Shown: positions 8,989-19,959 of the stretch, in pieces
Layout: each line of letters begins with the position of its first letter
Position numbering within the stretch: position 1 is the stretch's first letter
From: Anaerolineales bacterium
Lineage (GTDB): Bacteria > Chloroflexota > Anaerolineae > Anaerolineales > Villigracilaceae
Length of the DNA stretch: 64,000 bases
Reading direction: 5' to 3'
Assembly: GCA_035515435.1 (NCBI GenBank)
Contig: DATJBI010000067.1
Span: 32,788 to 96,787, forward strand
The notes under the pieces: generated by a model
Databases searched by the model: none
Told to the model about the DNA's origin: nothing
The model's input: only the letters and a program-made list of their open reading frames with translations
Translations under genes and position numbers: made by a program

Positions 8989-9330
8989 CCTTTGCCTCCT
9001 TAAATTGCCTGGTTGCCATGGTAGAGATCATTTATCGGGTTTGGTCGGCCCGATAACGGATTAAGCTTAGCATAGATTTAAGACAATTGCAATGCCGCCC
9101 CAGTTAATTTTCCTCTCCCCACGCTCATGCGATTATGGTATAAGAATCATGCCCTGCCGTGTTCGTGATGTTGCACTCTCGGTTTTGAGCCAACACCAAT
9201 TCCATCGGGCATCTGTCTCACAGAAATAACGCGATAGGCCTGAGCCAAGGCGGCGTTTCTGAGTCGGGGCCCACCTGCGAAAGCAGGTTCAAAACTCCGC
9301 AATACACGGCATGTGCGGGGCATTTTTACC

Positions 9331-9360
9331 TTGACGGTTCTTACACACCGCGTGTAAAAT
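9331..9360 (+). promoter_or_regulatory. Candidate sigma70-like promoter inside the gene-free region
   Basis: TTGACG, 18 nt spacer, TAAAAT. No annotated gene for about 440 nt downstream. Confidence 0.35.
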
Positions 9361-9805
9361 CACGCCCAAGTTAAAAACTGAACAACGGAGAATTAGCGGC
9401 TGGGTCTCATACCAACGAGATCACGAGGTGGAGGTTCCGTCCCGCGAAGGACGCGCTAAAGACTTTTTGAAAGACAGAAGTCCAAAAATCGGATCGATCA
9501 GCGGATGCCTCTGGAGTCTGTCCCAGGCTCCTTTCTCCCTTCCAGAATAGCGCTAGGAGCGTCGAGTTTAAAAAAACTCTATTGCTCGCCATCGAAAACC
9601 ACACGGCAATGTGTGAGACAAGATGGAGGCGCGGTGACACAAACCTGTTCCGGTGTTTGTTTGGTTTATGGAAGGGCTTTCTTTTTAATGGCGGTTCGCA
9701 TTAAACGGGTATGCCCAGGCATACCTGTTCTATTTAAAGCAAGAATCGGGTGTGCGGAACTGAGAGAGGTTCCTAAAATTGAGAAACACTGCATAAGGAG
9801 AAATC

Positions 9806-10669
9806 ATGAACAACTCTCTCGTTCAATACAAACAGCTTTCCGAGGATTACCTGCGCATCGAACAGGCGATCCAGTACCTTGAAAACCACTATCGGGACCA
9901 GCCAAATCTAGATCAGGTGGCCTCCAGCATCGGATTGAGCGAATATCATTTTCAGCGGATATTCACGCGCTGGGCAGGCGTCAGTCCGAAACGATTTTTG
10001 CAGTACTTGACCAAGGAGGGCGCCAAGCAATTGCTCGATCGGTCCGAGAACCTGCTGGATACCACCTATCAGATCGGACTTTCGAGTCTGGGCCGCCTCC
10101 ACGATCTTTTCGTCACGACCGAGGCGATTACGCCCGGCGAATACAGATCACGCGGCGCGGGCCTGACCATCCGCTATGGCTTCCATCCGACCCCGTTCGG
10201 AAAATGCCTGATCGGCGCCACCGAGCGCGGGATCTGTCATCTCAGCTTCGTGCAGGGGGGCGAAGGCGCTGCGCTGGATGGACTGGTCTCCTATTGGAAG
10301 GAAGCCAAGCTGATCGAAGACCATCGCAGCACGGCCCCGCTCGTCACGTCCATTTTCGATTGGAAGGGGCGCGAGCAGACCCCCTTGCGCCTGCATTTGA
10401 GCGGGACCAACTTCCAGCTGAAGGTGTGGGAAGCGTTGCTCCAAATACCGGTCGGGGCGGTGACCACCTACGAACACATCGCCTCCGAGGTCGGCAATCC
10501 AAGGGCAACCCGGGCCGTCGGCACAGCGGTTGGACATAATCCGATCGCCGTGTTGATCCCGTGCCATCGAGTCATCCGCAAGGTCGGCGGATTCGGGAAT
10601 TATCGTTACGGCGTGCCGCTCAAAATGGCATTGCTGGGTTGGGAAGCAAGTCGAACGCAGAGTTCATAG
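9806..10669 (+). CDS. AraC-type HTH fused to methylated-DNA--protein-cysteine methyltransferase (Ada-like)
   Basis: N-terminal AraC HTH (LDQVASSIGLSEYHFQRIFTRWAGVSPKRFLQ). C-terminal MGMT active site IPCHRVI. Confidence 0.88.
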   Translation: MNNSLVQYKQLSEDYLRIEQAIQYLENHYRDQPNLDQVASSIGLSEYHFQRIFTRWAGVSPKRFLQYLTKEGAKQLLDRSENLLDTTYQIGLSSLGRLHDLFVTTEAITPGEYRSRGAGLTIRYGFHPTPFGKCLIGATERGICHLSFVQGGEGAALDGLVSYWKEAKLIEDHRSTAPLVTSIFDWKGREQTPLRLHLSGTNFQLKVWEALLQIPVGAVTTYEHIASEVGNPRATRAVGTAVGHNPIAVLIPCHRVIRKVGGFGNYRYGVPLKMALLGWEASRTQSS

Positions 10670-10681
10670 CACTGGAGAGAA

Positions 10682-11623
10682 GTGAGAACAAAAATCTGGA
10701 CCGCATTGATCGCGTTATACATCGTCTGGGGTTCGACATACCTTGCGATTCGATTCGCCGTCGAGACCATCCCCCCGTTCCTGGCAGCGGGTCTGCGCTT
10801 TCTGATCGCCGGCACCATCCTATTCACGTGGCGGCGCCTGGCGGGCGATCCCACGCCGAAGGGGAAACAATGGATCTCTAGTGCAATCGTGGGCGCTGCG
10901 CTGCTGCTGGGCGGCAATGGGCTGGTCTCCTGGGCAGAACAACGCGTCCCTTCCGGCATTGCGGCGCTGATGGTCAGCACATCCCCGATGTGGCTGGTTT
11001 TGTTCGAAGCCTTGCGACCGGGCGGTGTTAAACCTGGCTGGCGCGCCATCCTCGGGCTGGTGATCGGCTTCGGCGGCGTTTTTCTGCTGATCGGACCGGC
11101 GGAGTTCAGCGGACAATCCGCAACTCAGTTCGATACCCTTGGGACGATCGCATTGCTTTGTGCTTCCCTGCTGTGGTCGCTCGGTTCGATCTACAGCAAA
11201 CATGCCGACATGCCGAGCTCCTCGCTGATGAGCACAGGAACGGAGATGCTGGCGGGCGCCGCCGCGTTATTCATCGTCGCCGCGGGAAGCGGCGAGCTAA
11301 GCGGATTCCACCTGGCCTCGGTTGCGATGAGCTCGTGGCTCGGATTGGCATTCCTCATCGCAATCGGTTCCTTGGTGGGTTTCGTTTCATACGGCTGGCT
11401 GCTACAAAACGCTCCGATCTCCCTGGTATCCACGTACGCTTACGTCAATCCGGTAATAGCCGTCCTGCTTGGAAGCTGGCTGGCGAGTGAACCATTGACG
11501 CCCCGCATTCTCCTGGCGGCGGCCATCATCATCGGGTCTGTTGTCTTCATTAATAGCGGGCACAGACCACTTTCCAAACGAACGGGAGCCAAGAAGGAGG
11601 CAGATGAAGCGATCCGTGCCTAA
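10682..11623 (+). CDS. EamA/DMT family transporter
   Basis: 313 aa, about 10 hydrophobic helices, LYIVWGSTYLAIRFAVE start typical of EamA. GTG start. Confidence 0.85.
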   Translation: MRTKIWTALIALYIVWGSTYLAIRFAVETIPPFLAAGLRFLIAGTILFTWRRLAGDPTPKGKQWISSAIVGAALLLGGNGLVSWAEQRVPSGIAALMVSTSPMWLVLFEALRPGGVKPGWRAILGLVIGFGGVFLLIGPAEFSGQSATQFDTLGTIALLCASLLWSLGSIYSKHADMPSSSLMSTGTEMLAGAAALFIVAAGSGELSGFHLASVAMSSWLGLAFLIAIGSLVGFVSYGWLLQNAPISLVSTYAYVNPVIAVLLGSWLASEPLTPRILLAAAIIIGSVVFINSGHRPLSKRTGAKKEADEAIRA

Positions 11624-11674
11624 TGATCATCCGTCCGTCCCAGTTATTATTCATCCAGCGAAAGGAAAAAGGAA

Positions 11675-13015
11675 ATGGAAGCAAAAGACTTGCTCGCACG
11701 TGTGAAGGAAGATAAGGTCAAGTTCATCTCGCTGCAATTTTCAGATGTGACCGGAGCCATCAAGAGCGTGGACATGCCGGTCAGTGGCTTGGAGGGCGCG
11801 CTCGAAGACGGCGTGTGGTTCGACGGATCATCCGTGGAGGGCTTCGCCCGCATCCAGGAAAGCGACATGCTCTTGCGGCTCGACCCCGCGACCTATGCCG
11901 TCCTGCCGTGGACACCGGCCGAACTCAAACGCGCCCGGGTGTTCTGCGATATCTTTACCCCGCAGGAAAAACCGTTCGAAGGCGATCCGCGCGGAACCCT
12001 GAAGCGGATGCTGGCCAAATTGGATGAACGCGGCTGGGTCTACAATGTCGGTCCGGAGCCGGAATTCTTCCTGTTCAAAGGCACCGATGGCGGCGGGGTG
12101 CATCCGGTCCCGCACGACACCGGCAGTTACTTTGATTTTTCTGCGTTTGACGAAGCCGCGGTCGTCCGCAACGCATTGATGGACGCGCTGGATGCCATGG
12201 GCCTCGAGGTGGAGGTGGGACACCACGAAGTGGCGCTTGGCCAGCACGAAATTGACTTCCGTTTTGCGAATGCCCTGAAAACCGCCGACAATGTGTTCAC
12301 CTTGAAATACACGGTCAAAGCCATCGCGGCACAGCATGGCCTGACCGCTTCGTTCATGCCCAAGCCTGTTTTCGGCATCAATGGTTCCGGCATGCACTGC
12401 CACCAGTCCCTGTTCGATAAAAAGAGCGGCACCAACTTATTCTTTGACGCGAACGATGAGGCCCATCTGTCCAGAACGGCTTATTCGTTCATCGCCGGAC
12501 AACTGGCGCATGCCCGCGCTTTGGCCGCGGTGGTCGCCCCGACGGTCAACTCGTACAAGCGCCTCGTCCCGGGATTTGAAGCGCCGGTCTATATTGGCTG
12601 GGCGCAGAAGAATCGCTCGGCTTTGATCCGTATTCCGCGCTATACCGAAGGACGCGATAAAGCCGTGCGGGCCGAATTGCGCTTCCCTGATCCATCTTCG
12701 AATCCGTATCTGGCGTTCACCGTCATGCTCGCGGCGGCCTTGGATGGCATTGAGAAGAAACTGGAAGCGCCCAAACCACTTAACAACATCAACCTCTATC
12801 ATCTCGATCCGAAGGAACGCAAGAAGCTGGGCGTGAAGGAACTGCCCGGTTCGCTGGCGGAAGCTCTGGTCGAACTTGAGAAGGATGAAGTTGTCAGGTC
12901 TGCGCTTGGAGAGGAGACCTACGAAGCCTTCGTCAGCGCCAAGCGCCAGGAATGGAATGATTACCGCCTGAGCGTCAGCGATTACGAGATCGAGCGATAT
13001 CTGGAGACAGCATAG
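11675..13015 (+). CDS. glnA: Glutamine synthetase, type I
   Basis: 446 aa; KFISLQFSDVTGAIKSV, GSGMHCHQSLF, NRSALIRIP motifs. Confidence 0.95.
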   Translation: MEAKDLLARVKEDKVKFISLQFSDVTGAIKSVDMPVSGLEGALEDGVWFDGSSVEGFARIQESDMLLRLDPATYAVLPWTPAELKRARVFCDIFTPQEKPFEGDPRGTLKRMLAKLDERGWVYNVGPEPEFFLFKGTDGGGVHPVPHDTGSYFDFSAFDEAAVVRNALMDALDAMGLEVEVGHHEVALGQHEIDFRFANALKTADNVFTLKYTVKAIAAQHGLTASFMPKPVFGINGSGMHCHQSLFDKKSGTNLFFDANDEAHLSRTAYSFIAGQLAHARALAAVVAPTVNSYKRLVPGFEAPVYIGWAQKNRSALIRIPRYTEGRDKAVRAELRFPDPSSNPYLAFTVMLAAALDGIEKKLEAPKPLNNINLYHLDPKERKKLGVKELPGSLAEALVELEKDEVVRSALGEETYEAFVSAKRQEWNDYRLSVSDYEIERYLETA

Positions 13016-13024
13016 GCCCCTCCC

Positions 13025-13061
13025 GGCCCTCCCCAAATTCCAAAGGAAATTGGGGAGGGCC
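13025..13061. repeat. GC-rich palindrome (12 bp stem) right after glnA; REP-like or terminator-like
   Basis: GGCCCTCCCCAA...TTGGGGAGGGCC. Shares a TTGGGGAGGG core with 55321-55361. Confidence 0.5.
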
Positions 13062-13204
13062 GCCCACAATGACGGGTGGGGTGAGCTCCGCCGGTTGAAG
13101 GGCGGGGTTTGCGCCCGGCTGGGCCGGCAATGGGCCCGGCCTCTTCGCCGAGGATTTCATACGCCACCCTTCCGCATATTTTTTGCAGCGTTCAATTCCA
13201 TGGA

Positions 13205-13500
13205 TCACCCCCCCATAGGGTTCTGCAAACCGATGTTCGACGCTTGCGAATAGCCGAGCACGGCAGGCGGGACGCGGGCGTCTTCGATCTCCATGATTTC
13301 AGCCCGGCTGAGCTGGATGGAGGGAGCCGCAAGAGCCTCAACCAGTGCTGAGGCTGGTTCGCGCCGATGATCGGCCCCTGCCTGCCTCGTCGAGCACCCA
13401 TTGGAGAACCCCGCGCGCTGCCTCCCCCAACCCCATGCAACCGAGGCGGATGCGCGAGACCTTCATCCCGGTTGATCCCAATCGGGCGTATTCCATTGTT
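13205..13500 (-). pseudogene. Relic of an aldo/keto-reductase C-terminus (frameshifted fragment)
   Basis: Own minus-strand translation gives PIIGANQPQH in one frame and ALVEALAAPSIQLSRAEIMEIEDA...G* in another. These resemble the conserved AKR C-terminal region. No intact ORF. Confidence 0.4.
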
Positions 13501-13507
13501 TTTCGCA

Positions 13508-13891
13508 CTAACGTGCGAGCGGCACCAGCCGGATGGTCGCGGCCCGCGCGGTGGGGGTGATGATGCTATCGACGATACTTGCCGCGTAACGGCGGTACTA
13601 GGCGCGGTAGGCCGCGTCGATCTGGTCGTTGATCCCAGGATCGGCCTCGTCCACAAAAACAACATCTTTGTCTACGCCGCCGGCCCGGATGTGACCCTCA
13701 TGTCGCTTCTGCACCCCGCGGAACCAGGCAGAGCTGCGCCCCTTCACGGACCGGACGTACAGATCGTCGCCGAGGCGGACGACCCAGATGATCACCGGCT
13801 TGCGGAGCGTACCGTCGGTGCGCAGGGACGCGATCAGCAGCTCTTCCGCGTTGCCGATCGTATTGAGATCCGCGCTCGTCCAGGTGTTCAT
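13508..13891 (-). pseudogene. DUF2255-family gene interrupted by an in-frame TAG
   Basis: Track ORF 13598..13891 ends ...IDAAYRA*. The same frame continues YRRYAASIVDSIITPTARAATIRLVPLAR* to 13508. The TAG (13598-13600) sits where a sense codon is expected. Confidence 0.7.
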
Positions 13892-13906
13892 CGCGGCCCT
13901 CCTTTC

Positions 13907-14941
13907 CTAGAATTCGATCAGGGCCTTGATCGCCTTGCGGTCATTCATTGCTCGGTAGCCGTCCGGAACCTGGTCGAGGGTGCCGACCCAATCGAAGACG
14001 CGGCCCGGTTCGATCCTGCCTTCGAGCACGTCGGGCAGCAATTCCTCGATGTAAGCACGGGCCGGGGCGGGACCGCCCGAGATGGTGACGTTATTAAAGA
14101 ACGTTGCCAGCGCCGCCGGCAACAGCTCGCCCTGGGGAATGCCCACGCGGCCCACCGCGCCGCCCGGGCGCGCGATGCTGAGCGAGGTGAGCGTCGACTC
14201 TTCATACCCTACGCACTCAAGAGCCGAGTGCACGCCAAAGCCATGGGTGAGCTCACGCACCCGCGCAACCGCCTCCTCCCCGCGTTCACTGACTATCTCG
14301 GTCGCGCCGAATTCTCTGGCGAGTGCGATCCGGTCGGGATGACGATCCAGCAGGATGACCTGCTCAGCACCCAGCCGGCGGGCGGCGAGCACGCCGCACA
14401 GGCCAACCGCACCGCCGCCGACCACGGCCACGCTCTTGCCAGGGCCGACTCTGGCGGAGACGGCTGCGTGATGGCCGGTCGCCATGACATCGGTCAAGGT
14501 GAGCAGTGAGGGCATCAGGGCATGGTCTTTGCCGACCGGCAGGCGTACCAGTGTGCCGTCGGCCTGCGGCACGCGTACCGCCTCGCCCTGGCCTCCATCG
14601 ACGCCATTGTAGCCATACCTGCCTCCGTGCAGGCAAGAGCTGGGCAGCCCTTCCTGGCAGAAGATGCAGGTTCCATCGGAATAGAGGAAAGGCGAGGCGA
14701 CGAGGTCGCCGACCTTGATCTTGCGGACATCGGCGCCCACGGCCTCAATCGTGCCAACGAACTCATGTCCCATGCGGCGGCCGTTCTCATCCGCTGGCAT
14801 ACTCCGGTAGGGCCAGAGATCGCTGCCGCAGACGGCGGCGCGGCTGACGACGACCAGGGCGTCAGTCGGCTCAATCAGCCGAGCGTCGGGGACGTTCTCG
14901 ATACGGACATCGCCGGCACCATGCATTACAGTTGCGCGCAT
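13907..14941 (-). CDS. Zinc-dependent alcohol dehydrogenase family protein
   Basis: 344 aa; VCGSDLW, GHEFVG, Cys cluster CIFCQEG...C, GxGxxG-like VVGGGAVG. Confidence 0.9.
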   Translation of the reverse strand: MRATVMHGAGDVRIENVPDARLIEPTDALVVVSRAAVCGSDLWPYRSMPADENGRRMGHEFVGTIEAVGADVRKIKVGDLVASPFLYSDGTCIFCQEGLPSSCLHGGRYGYNGVDGGQGEAVRVPQADGTLVRLPVGKDHALMPSLLTLTDVMATGHHAAVSARVGPGKSVAVVGGGAVGLCGVLAARRLGAEQVILLDRHPDRIALAREFGATEIVSERGEEAVARVRELTHGFGVHSALECVGYEESTLTSLSIARPGGAVGRVGIPQGELLPAALATFFNNVTISGGPAPARAYIEELLPDVLEGRIEPGRVFDWVGTLDQVPDGYRAMNDRKAIKALIEF

Positions 14942-15049
14942 TTTGGCTCAGCCCCAGTTTTCGGCAGCGGGCATGGACCGACCATAAGTATGCCCAGTCC
15001 ATCTCGGGCGCGCGGGATCTACATGCTTTGGTTGCGATTTTTTCATCGT

Positions 15050-15460
15050 TTATCCAGTCTTTCGTCCACCCGGATACTGTTCGTCACTGACGTGTTCCAG
15101 CCAGTCCGCGGACTTGCCGTCGACCTGCTCCACAATGGAGATATGCGTCATCGCGGTGGTTGGGGCGGCACCATGCCAATGCTTCTCGCCTGGTGGACAC
15201 CAGACCACATCGCCTGGCCGGATCTCCTCGACCGGGCCGCCCCAGCTCTGGGCAAGTCCACAGCCAGAGGTCACGATCAGGGTCTGACCTCGCGGGTGCG
15301 TGTGCCATGCTGAGCGGGCCCCCGGCTCGAAGGTCACGCTGGCGCCGGAAGCCGGCCTGGAAACACCCGGCTGGAACAAAGGATCAACGCGCACATTGCC
15401 GGTAAAGTTCTCGGGGGATCCTTTCCCCGAGGGCTGTGAGCCGCTTCGTCTGATTTCCAT
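15050..15460 (-). CDS. Cupin domain protein
   Basis: 136 aa; [10 protein letters not shown]...GD...[10 protein letters not shown] cupin motifs. Confidence 0.8.
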   Translation of the reverse strand: MEIRRSGSQPSGKGSPENFTGNVRVDPLFQPGVSRPASGASVTFEPGARSAWHTHPRGQTLIVTSGCGLAQSWGGPVEEIRPGDVVWCPPGEKHWHGAAPTTAMTHISIVEQVDGKSADWLEHVSDEQYPGGRKTG

Positions 15461-15490
15461 TTTCTGAACTCCTTTCCTCTTTCGACTTGC

Positions 15491-16953
<1,463 letters not shown>

Positions 16954-16971
16954 AAATTCACCTCGCCGGAT

Positions 16972-17002
16972 AGTGTATCATCTGGAGTCGACTCCAAGTC
17001 AA
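16972..17002 (-). promoter_or_regulatory. MerR-type promoter with 19 nt spacer containing a perfect dyad operator
   Basis: Minus strand: TTGACT, 19 nt spacer, TACACT. The spacer holds the 14 bp palindrome TGGAGTCGACTCCA (16983-16996). Lies about 20 nt upstream of the merR ATG. Confidence 0.6.
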
Positions 17003-17157
17003 GGGTCCGGTTCCGAGAAGGGCCGGCAGAAATCCTGATCCAAAATAAAGTGACGAGCGGGATTCAGGGAGGGAGATAGCCCCAGCAAAAATTGGTAACG
17101 CTTCTTTGGATAATTGGAAATTGCCAGCCCGGGCACAGCCATGCCGCGTTGCTTTCT

Positions 17158-18438
17158 TCATTCCACAACAACCTCGGAGACGTGCTTGACCGCAGCCTTC
17201 ACTTTTTTCTGCAGGGTCGGCGGATGAATTGCCGAAATGTTCAGCCTGTGCGCCTGGGCAAATCTGGCAAAGCGCGCCAGTCCTCTGGCCAGGGCGCCGG
17301 CAAAGTCCGTCTCTTTCACGGGCGCGTCCTCTTCGATCCAAAAACCTTTGATCTGCAGGGTCCGGGACTCGCGATCCAGCTTCGGGTCCAGCCGCGCCAC
17401 CAGATCATCGCCGTACAGGATCGGCAGCACATAATATCCCCAGCGGCGTTTGGGTGCGGGGACATACACTTCCCATTTGTATTCGAAATCGAACAACTTC
17501 TGGGCCCGGCCGCGTGCGCTGACAATGTCCAGCGGTGAAAGGAATGTAACTTCTTCCAGCGTGGTCGTTTCCTTGGGCTTCCATCCGGCGGGGACCTTTC
17601 CCTTTTCCAGCGACTCCAGGGCCGGAACATCCTCCGCCAGAACCAGATGGGTTCCGCGTCCGCCCTGGATCTGAACCTGGGCCAACATGCCGGCCTCCTT
17701 CCACCTCGCGAGCAGACTCTTCATCTCGGCCGGAGAATAGTTGCGGCGCAGATATCCATGCAATTCGCCGTTCATCTGTGATTCGCTCTTCAACCCCATG
17801 AGCGCGACCGTCTTGTGCGCGAAGAATTCCTCCGCTTCTTTTTCGGTCGCCAGGTAATCGTATTCCTTCGGCACAATATGCTCGCGGAAATCATAAACGC
17901 GATCAAAACCGTTGCGGTGGTGCAGCATCAACTCGCCCGAAAGCCACATATCGTACATCGCCAGCGACGTTTCCTTGCGTCCGCGATAATTCCAACCCCC
18001 GAGCGATGCCCCTTCGAAATCCCGGTTCCCAAGCGGACCGCGCTCCCTCAACACTGCACGCACCTGCTCGAACAACTCGGCGTTCGATAGCACAAAATCT
18101 TCCACGCGCCTGGGGTGGCGGCGTTTCTCCATATGCACACGCCAATACGGAAACTCTTCCATGGGATACATCGCCAGCCAGCCGCCGTAATCAAAGAACC
18201 GACGCTCGCCGTAGGCCACCTGATACAGGTACTCAGGCTTGTAATCCAGCACGCGGCTGTGCAAAACAATATCCTGGCTGCGGCCCACAACACTTAACGG
18301 ATCGAGTTGCACCGCCTCGCATGCCCGCAGGGCGTCAATGGTTCCCCGCTTGCCCTGCCAGCGCCGTCCCGGCCACAAGCCCTGCCGGCCGAGAACGAAT
18401 CTTCGCGCGGTTTGCTTTGAAATCGCAAAGGGATTCAC
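17158..18438 (-). CDS. Winged-helix DNA glycosylase-like protein (YcaQ/DUF1006 family)
   Basis: Track ORF to 18570 overlaps queF. In-frame GTG 18438 follows GGAGCTGAGAG. ISKQTARRFVLGRQGLW...AVQLDPL resembles the YcaQ family. Confidence 0.7.
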   Translation of the reverse strand: MNPFAISKQTARRFVLGRQGLWPGRRWQGKRGTIDALRACEAVQLDPLSVVGRSQDIVLHSRVLDYKPEYLYQVAYGERRFFDYGGWLAMYPMEEFPYWRVHMEKRRHPRRVEDFVLSNAELFEQVRAVLRERGPLGNRDFEGASLGGWNYRGRKETSLAMYDMWLSGELMLHHRNGFDRVYDFREHIVPKEYDYLATEKEAEEFFAHKTVALMGLKSESQMNGELHGYLRRNYSPAEMKSLLARWKEAGMLAQVQIQGGRGTHLVLAEDVPALESLEKGKVPAGWKPKETTTLEEVTFLSPLDIVSARGRAQKLFDFEYKWEVYVPAPKRRWGYYVLPILYGDDLVARLDPKLDRESRTLQIKGFWIEEDAPVKETDFAGALARGLARFARFAQAHRLNISAIHPPTLQKKVKAAVKHVSEVVVE

Positions 18439-18470
18439 CGGACTCTCAGCTCCAACCGCGCTCCAGGTCC

Positions 18471-18896
18471 TTAACGCACGGCTTTTTTGGCAGCGGGTGT
18501 CTTCAGCTTTTCGGACTCGACGGTGATGCCGATCCCGCCGCGCACCCCGAACACGCCGGTCACTTTGCAATAGTGCGGATTCAGGATCTTGACGAGATCA
18601 TCCAGAATGGTGTTGATCACATGCTCGTGAAAGACCCCCTCATTCCGATACGACCACAAGTACAACTTGAACGATTTCGATTCAAGGATCTTCTGATCCG
18701 GCACATATTCCACCTTGATCGTGGCGAAATCAGGCTGACCCGTTGCGGGACACACACAGGTGAATTCATCGGTCTCAAGTTTGACCAGATAATAACGATC
18801 CGGGTTGTGATTCGGAAACGCCTCGAGCTTCTTGCCGGGCTGAGACCGGTGACCCAGCAGGGTCAGGTCTTTCAGATCAGAGGATCGGGTAGGCAT
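18471..18896 (-). CDS. queF: NADPH-dependent 7-cyano-7-deazaguanine reductase
   Basis: 141 aa; EFTCVCPATGQPDFATI...ESKSFKLYLWSYRN motifs. Confidence 0.93.
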   Translation of the reverse strand: MPTRSSDLKDLTLLGHRSQPGKKLEAFPNHNPDRYYLVKLETDEFTCVCPATGQPDFATIKVEYVPDQKILESKSFKLYLWSYRNEGVFHEHVINTILDDLVKILNPHYCKVTGVFGVRGGIGITVESEKLKTPAAKKAVR

Positions 18897-18930
18897 AGGA
18901 AGATCTCCTTCCAGCAGGGCCCCTGGAAAT

Positions 18931-19878
18931 TCATAGATTACTGATGAGCGGCACTTCCGCCGCCAGCTTTTCGATCATCCGGCAAAACGAGCATAAGCCC
19001 GGGGCGGAGGTGGGTTGTCCGCAATTGGGGCAGGGGTGCAAATTGAGGGCCGCCTCGTTCCGTTCGGCAAACAACCCGCTGCGACGCGCCTCCAGGAAAC
19101 GCAGATAGAACGTCAGCTTTGCGCCGGGACGATCGCTTTCCAGTTGGTTGAGCACCTCCTTATAGTAAATCGAAGTCGAGCCTGCGGCGAATGGGCATTC
19201 TTCATAAATGTATTCAATGCCGCGTAAAAGCGCGTACGCCGTCATTTCGCGTTCGTAGAAGCGACAGAGCGGCTTGACCTTGCGCGCCAGACCCTGCGCC
19301 GAGGGAAGGACGGGACCTTGCCGCAGCAAGTAATCACCGGACCAGGCCAGGGTATTCCCGAAAAGCACTGCAGCTTCATCATCAAGATTATGACCGGTTG
19401 CCAGAACATCATAATCCAGATCGCGCGCAATGCGGTTCATCACATGACGCTTGGTCAATCCGCAGACCGCGCACGGTTTGCCATATCCGCGATGCGAGAT
19501 TTCGGAAAGGACCGGAATGGGCTGGCCATATTCTTTTTCGACATCCACGAGATGAAGCGTGAGATGGTGTTCGTTCGCAAATTTATCGGCGAGCCGGTGC
19601 GACTCGCTTGAATAATTTATCCCCGCCTCAATGCCGAGGCCGATATAAAGTCCGTCCGCTTGATAGCCCAGCCGGACGAGGATGTCCCACAAAGACAGGG
19701 AATCTTTGCCGCCAGAGACCGCAACCAGAATCTTTTCGTCGTGGCTGAACATCTCATATTTCTTGATGAAGCGTTCGGTCTGTTCCGGAACCCATTCGAG
19801 GTAGTGTTCCTTGCACAACGCCAGCTTATGCTGCCGCATGTTGACCGAAGCTTTCTCTCCGCATTTACGACATTTCAT
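18931..19878 (-). CDS. ttuA: TtuA/TtcA-family tRNA 2-thiolation PP-loop ATPase
   Basis: N- and C-terminal CxxC zinc fingers, PP-loop SGGKDS, central CAVCG. Adjacent small GG-terminated carrier. Confidence 0.8.
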   Translation of the reverse strand: MKCRKCGEKASVNMRQHKLALCKEHYLEWVPEQTERFIKKYEMFSHDEKILVAVSGGKDSLSLWDILVRLGYQADGLYIGLGIEAGINYSSESHRLADKFANEHHLTLHLVDVEKEYGQPIPVLSEISHRGYGKPCAVCGLTKRHVMNRIARDLDYDVLATGHNLDDEAAVLFGNTLAWSGDYLLRQGPVLPSAQGLARKVKPLCRFYEREMTAYALLRGIEYIYEECPFAAGSTSIYYKEVLNQLESDRPGAKLTFYLRFLEARRSGLFAERNEAALNLHPCPNCGQPTSAPGLCSFCRMIEKLAAEVPLISNL

Positions 19879-19959
19879 GAATCACCTTTATCTCCACGCA
19901 GCGGACGGGAGGGACGCGCCCGAGGCGCGCCGCGCCCCCGGGCTGTCCTTCGTACGGGA

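Noticed and set aside
8989-9330. c-di-AMP (ydaO) or other riboswitch in the leader of the GH25-LysM hydrolase
   Set aside because: The minus-strand sequence lacks the conserved ydaO blocks (GAGCGGGGGACCCA, CCGUCAGCUAACC). No B12, TPP, SAM or glycine consensus elements were seen either.
9407-9882. ORFs 9407..9640- (77 aa) and 9505..9882+ (125 aa)
   Set aside because: They are mutually overlapping, have no SD and show no family resemblance. The plus ORF runs into the Ada-like gene start in another frame.
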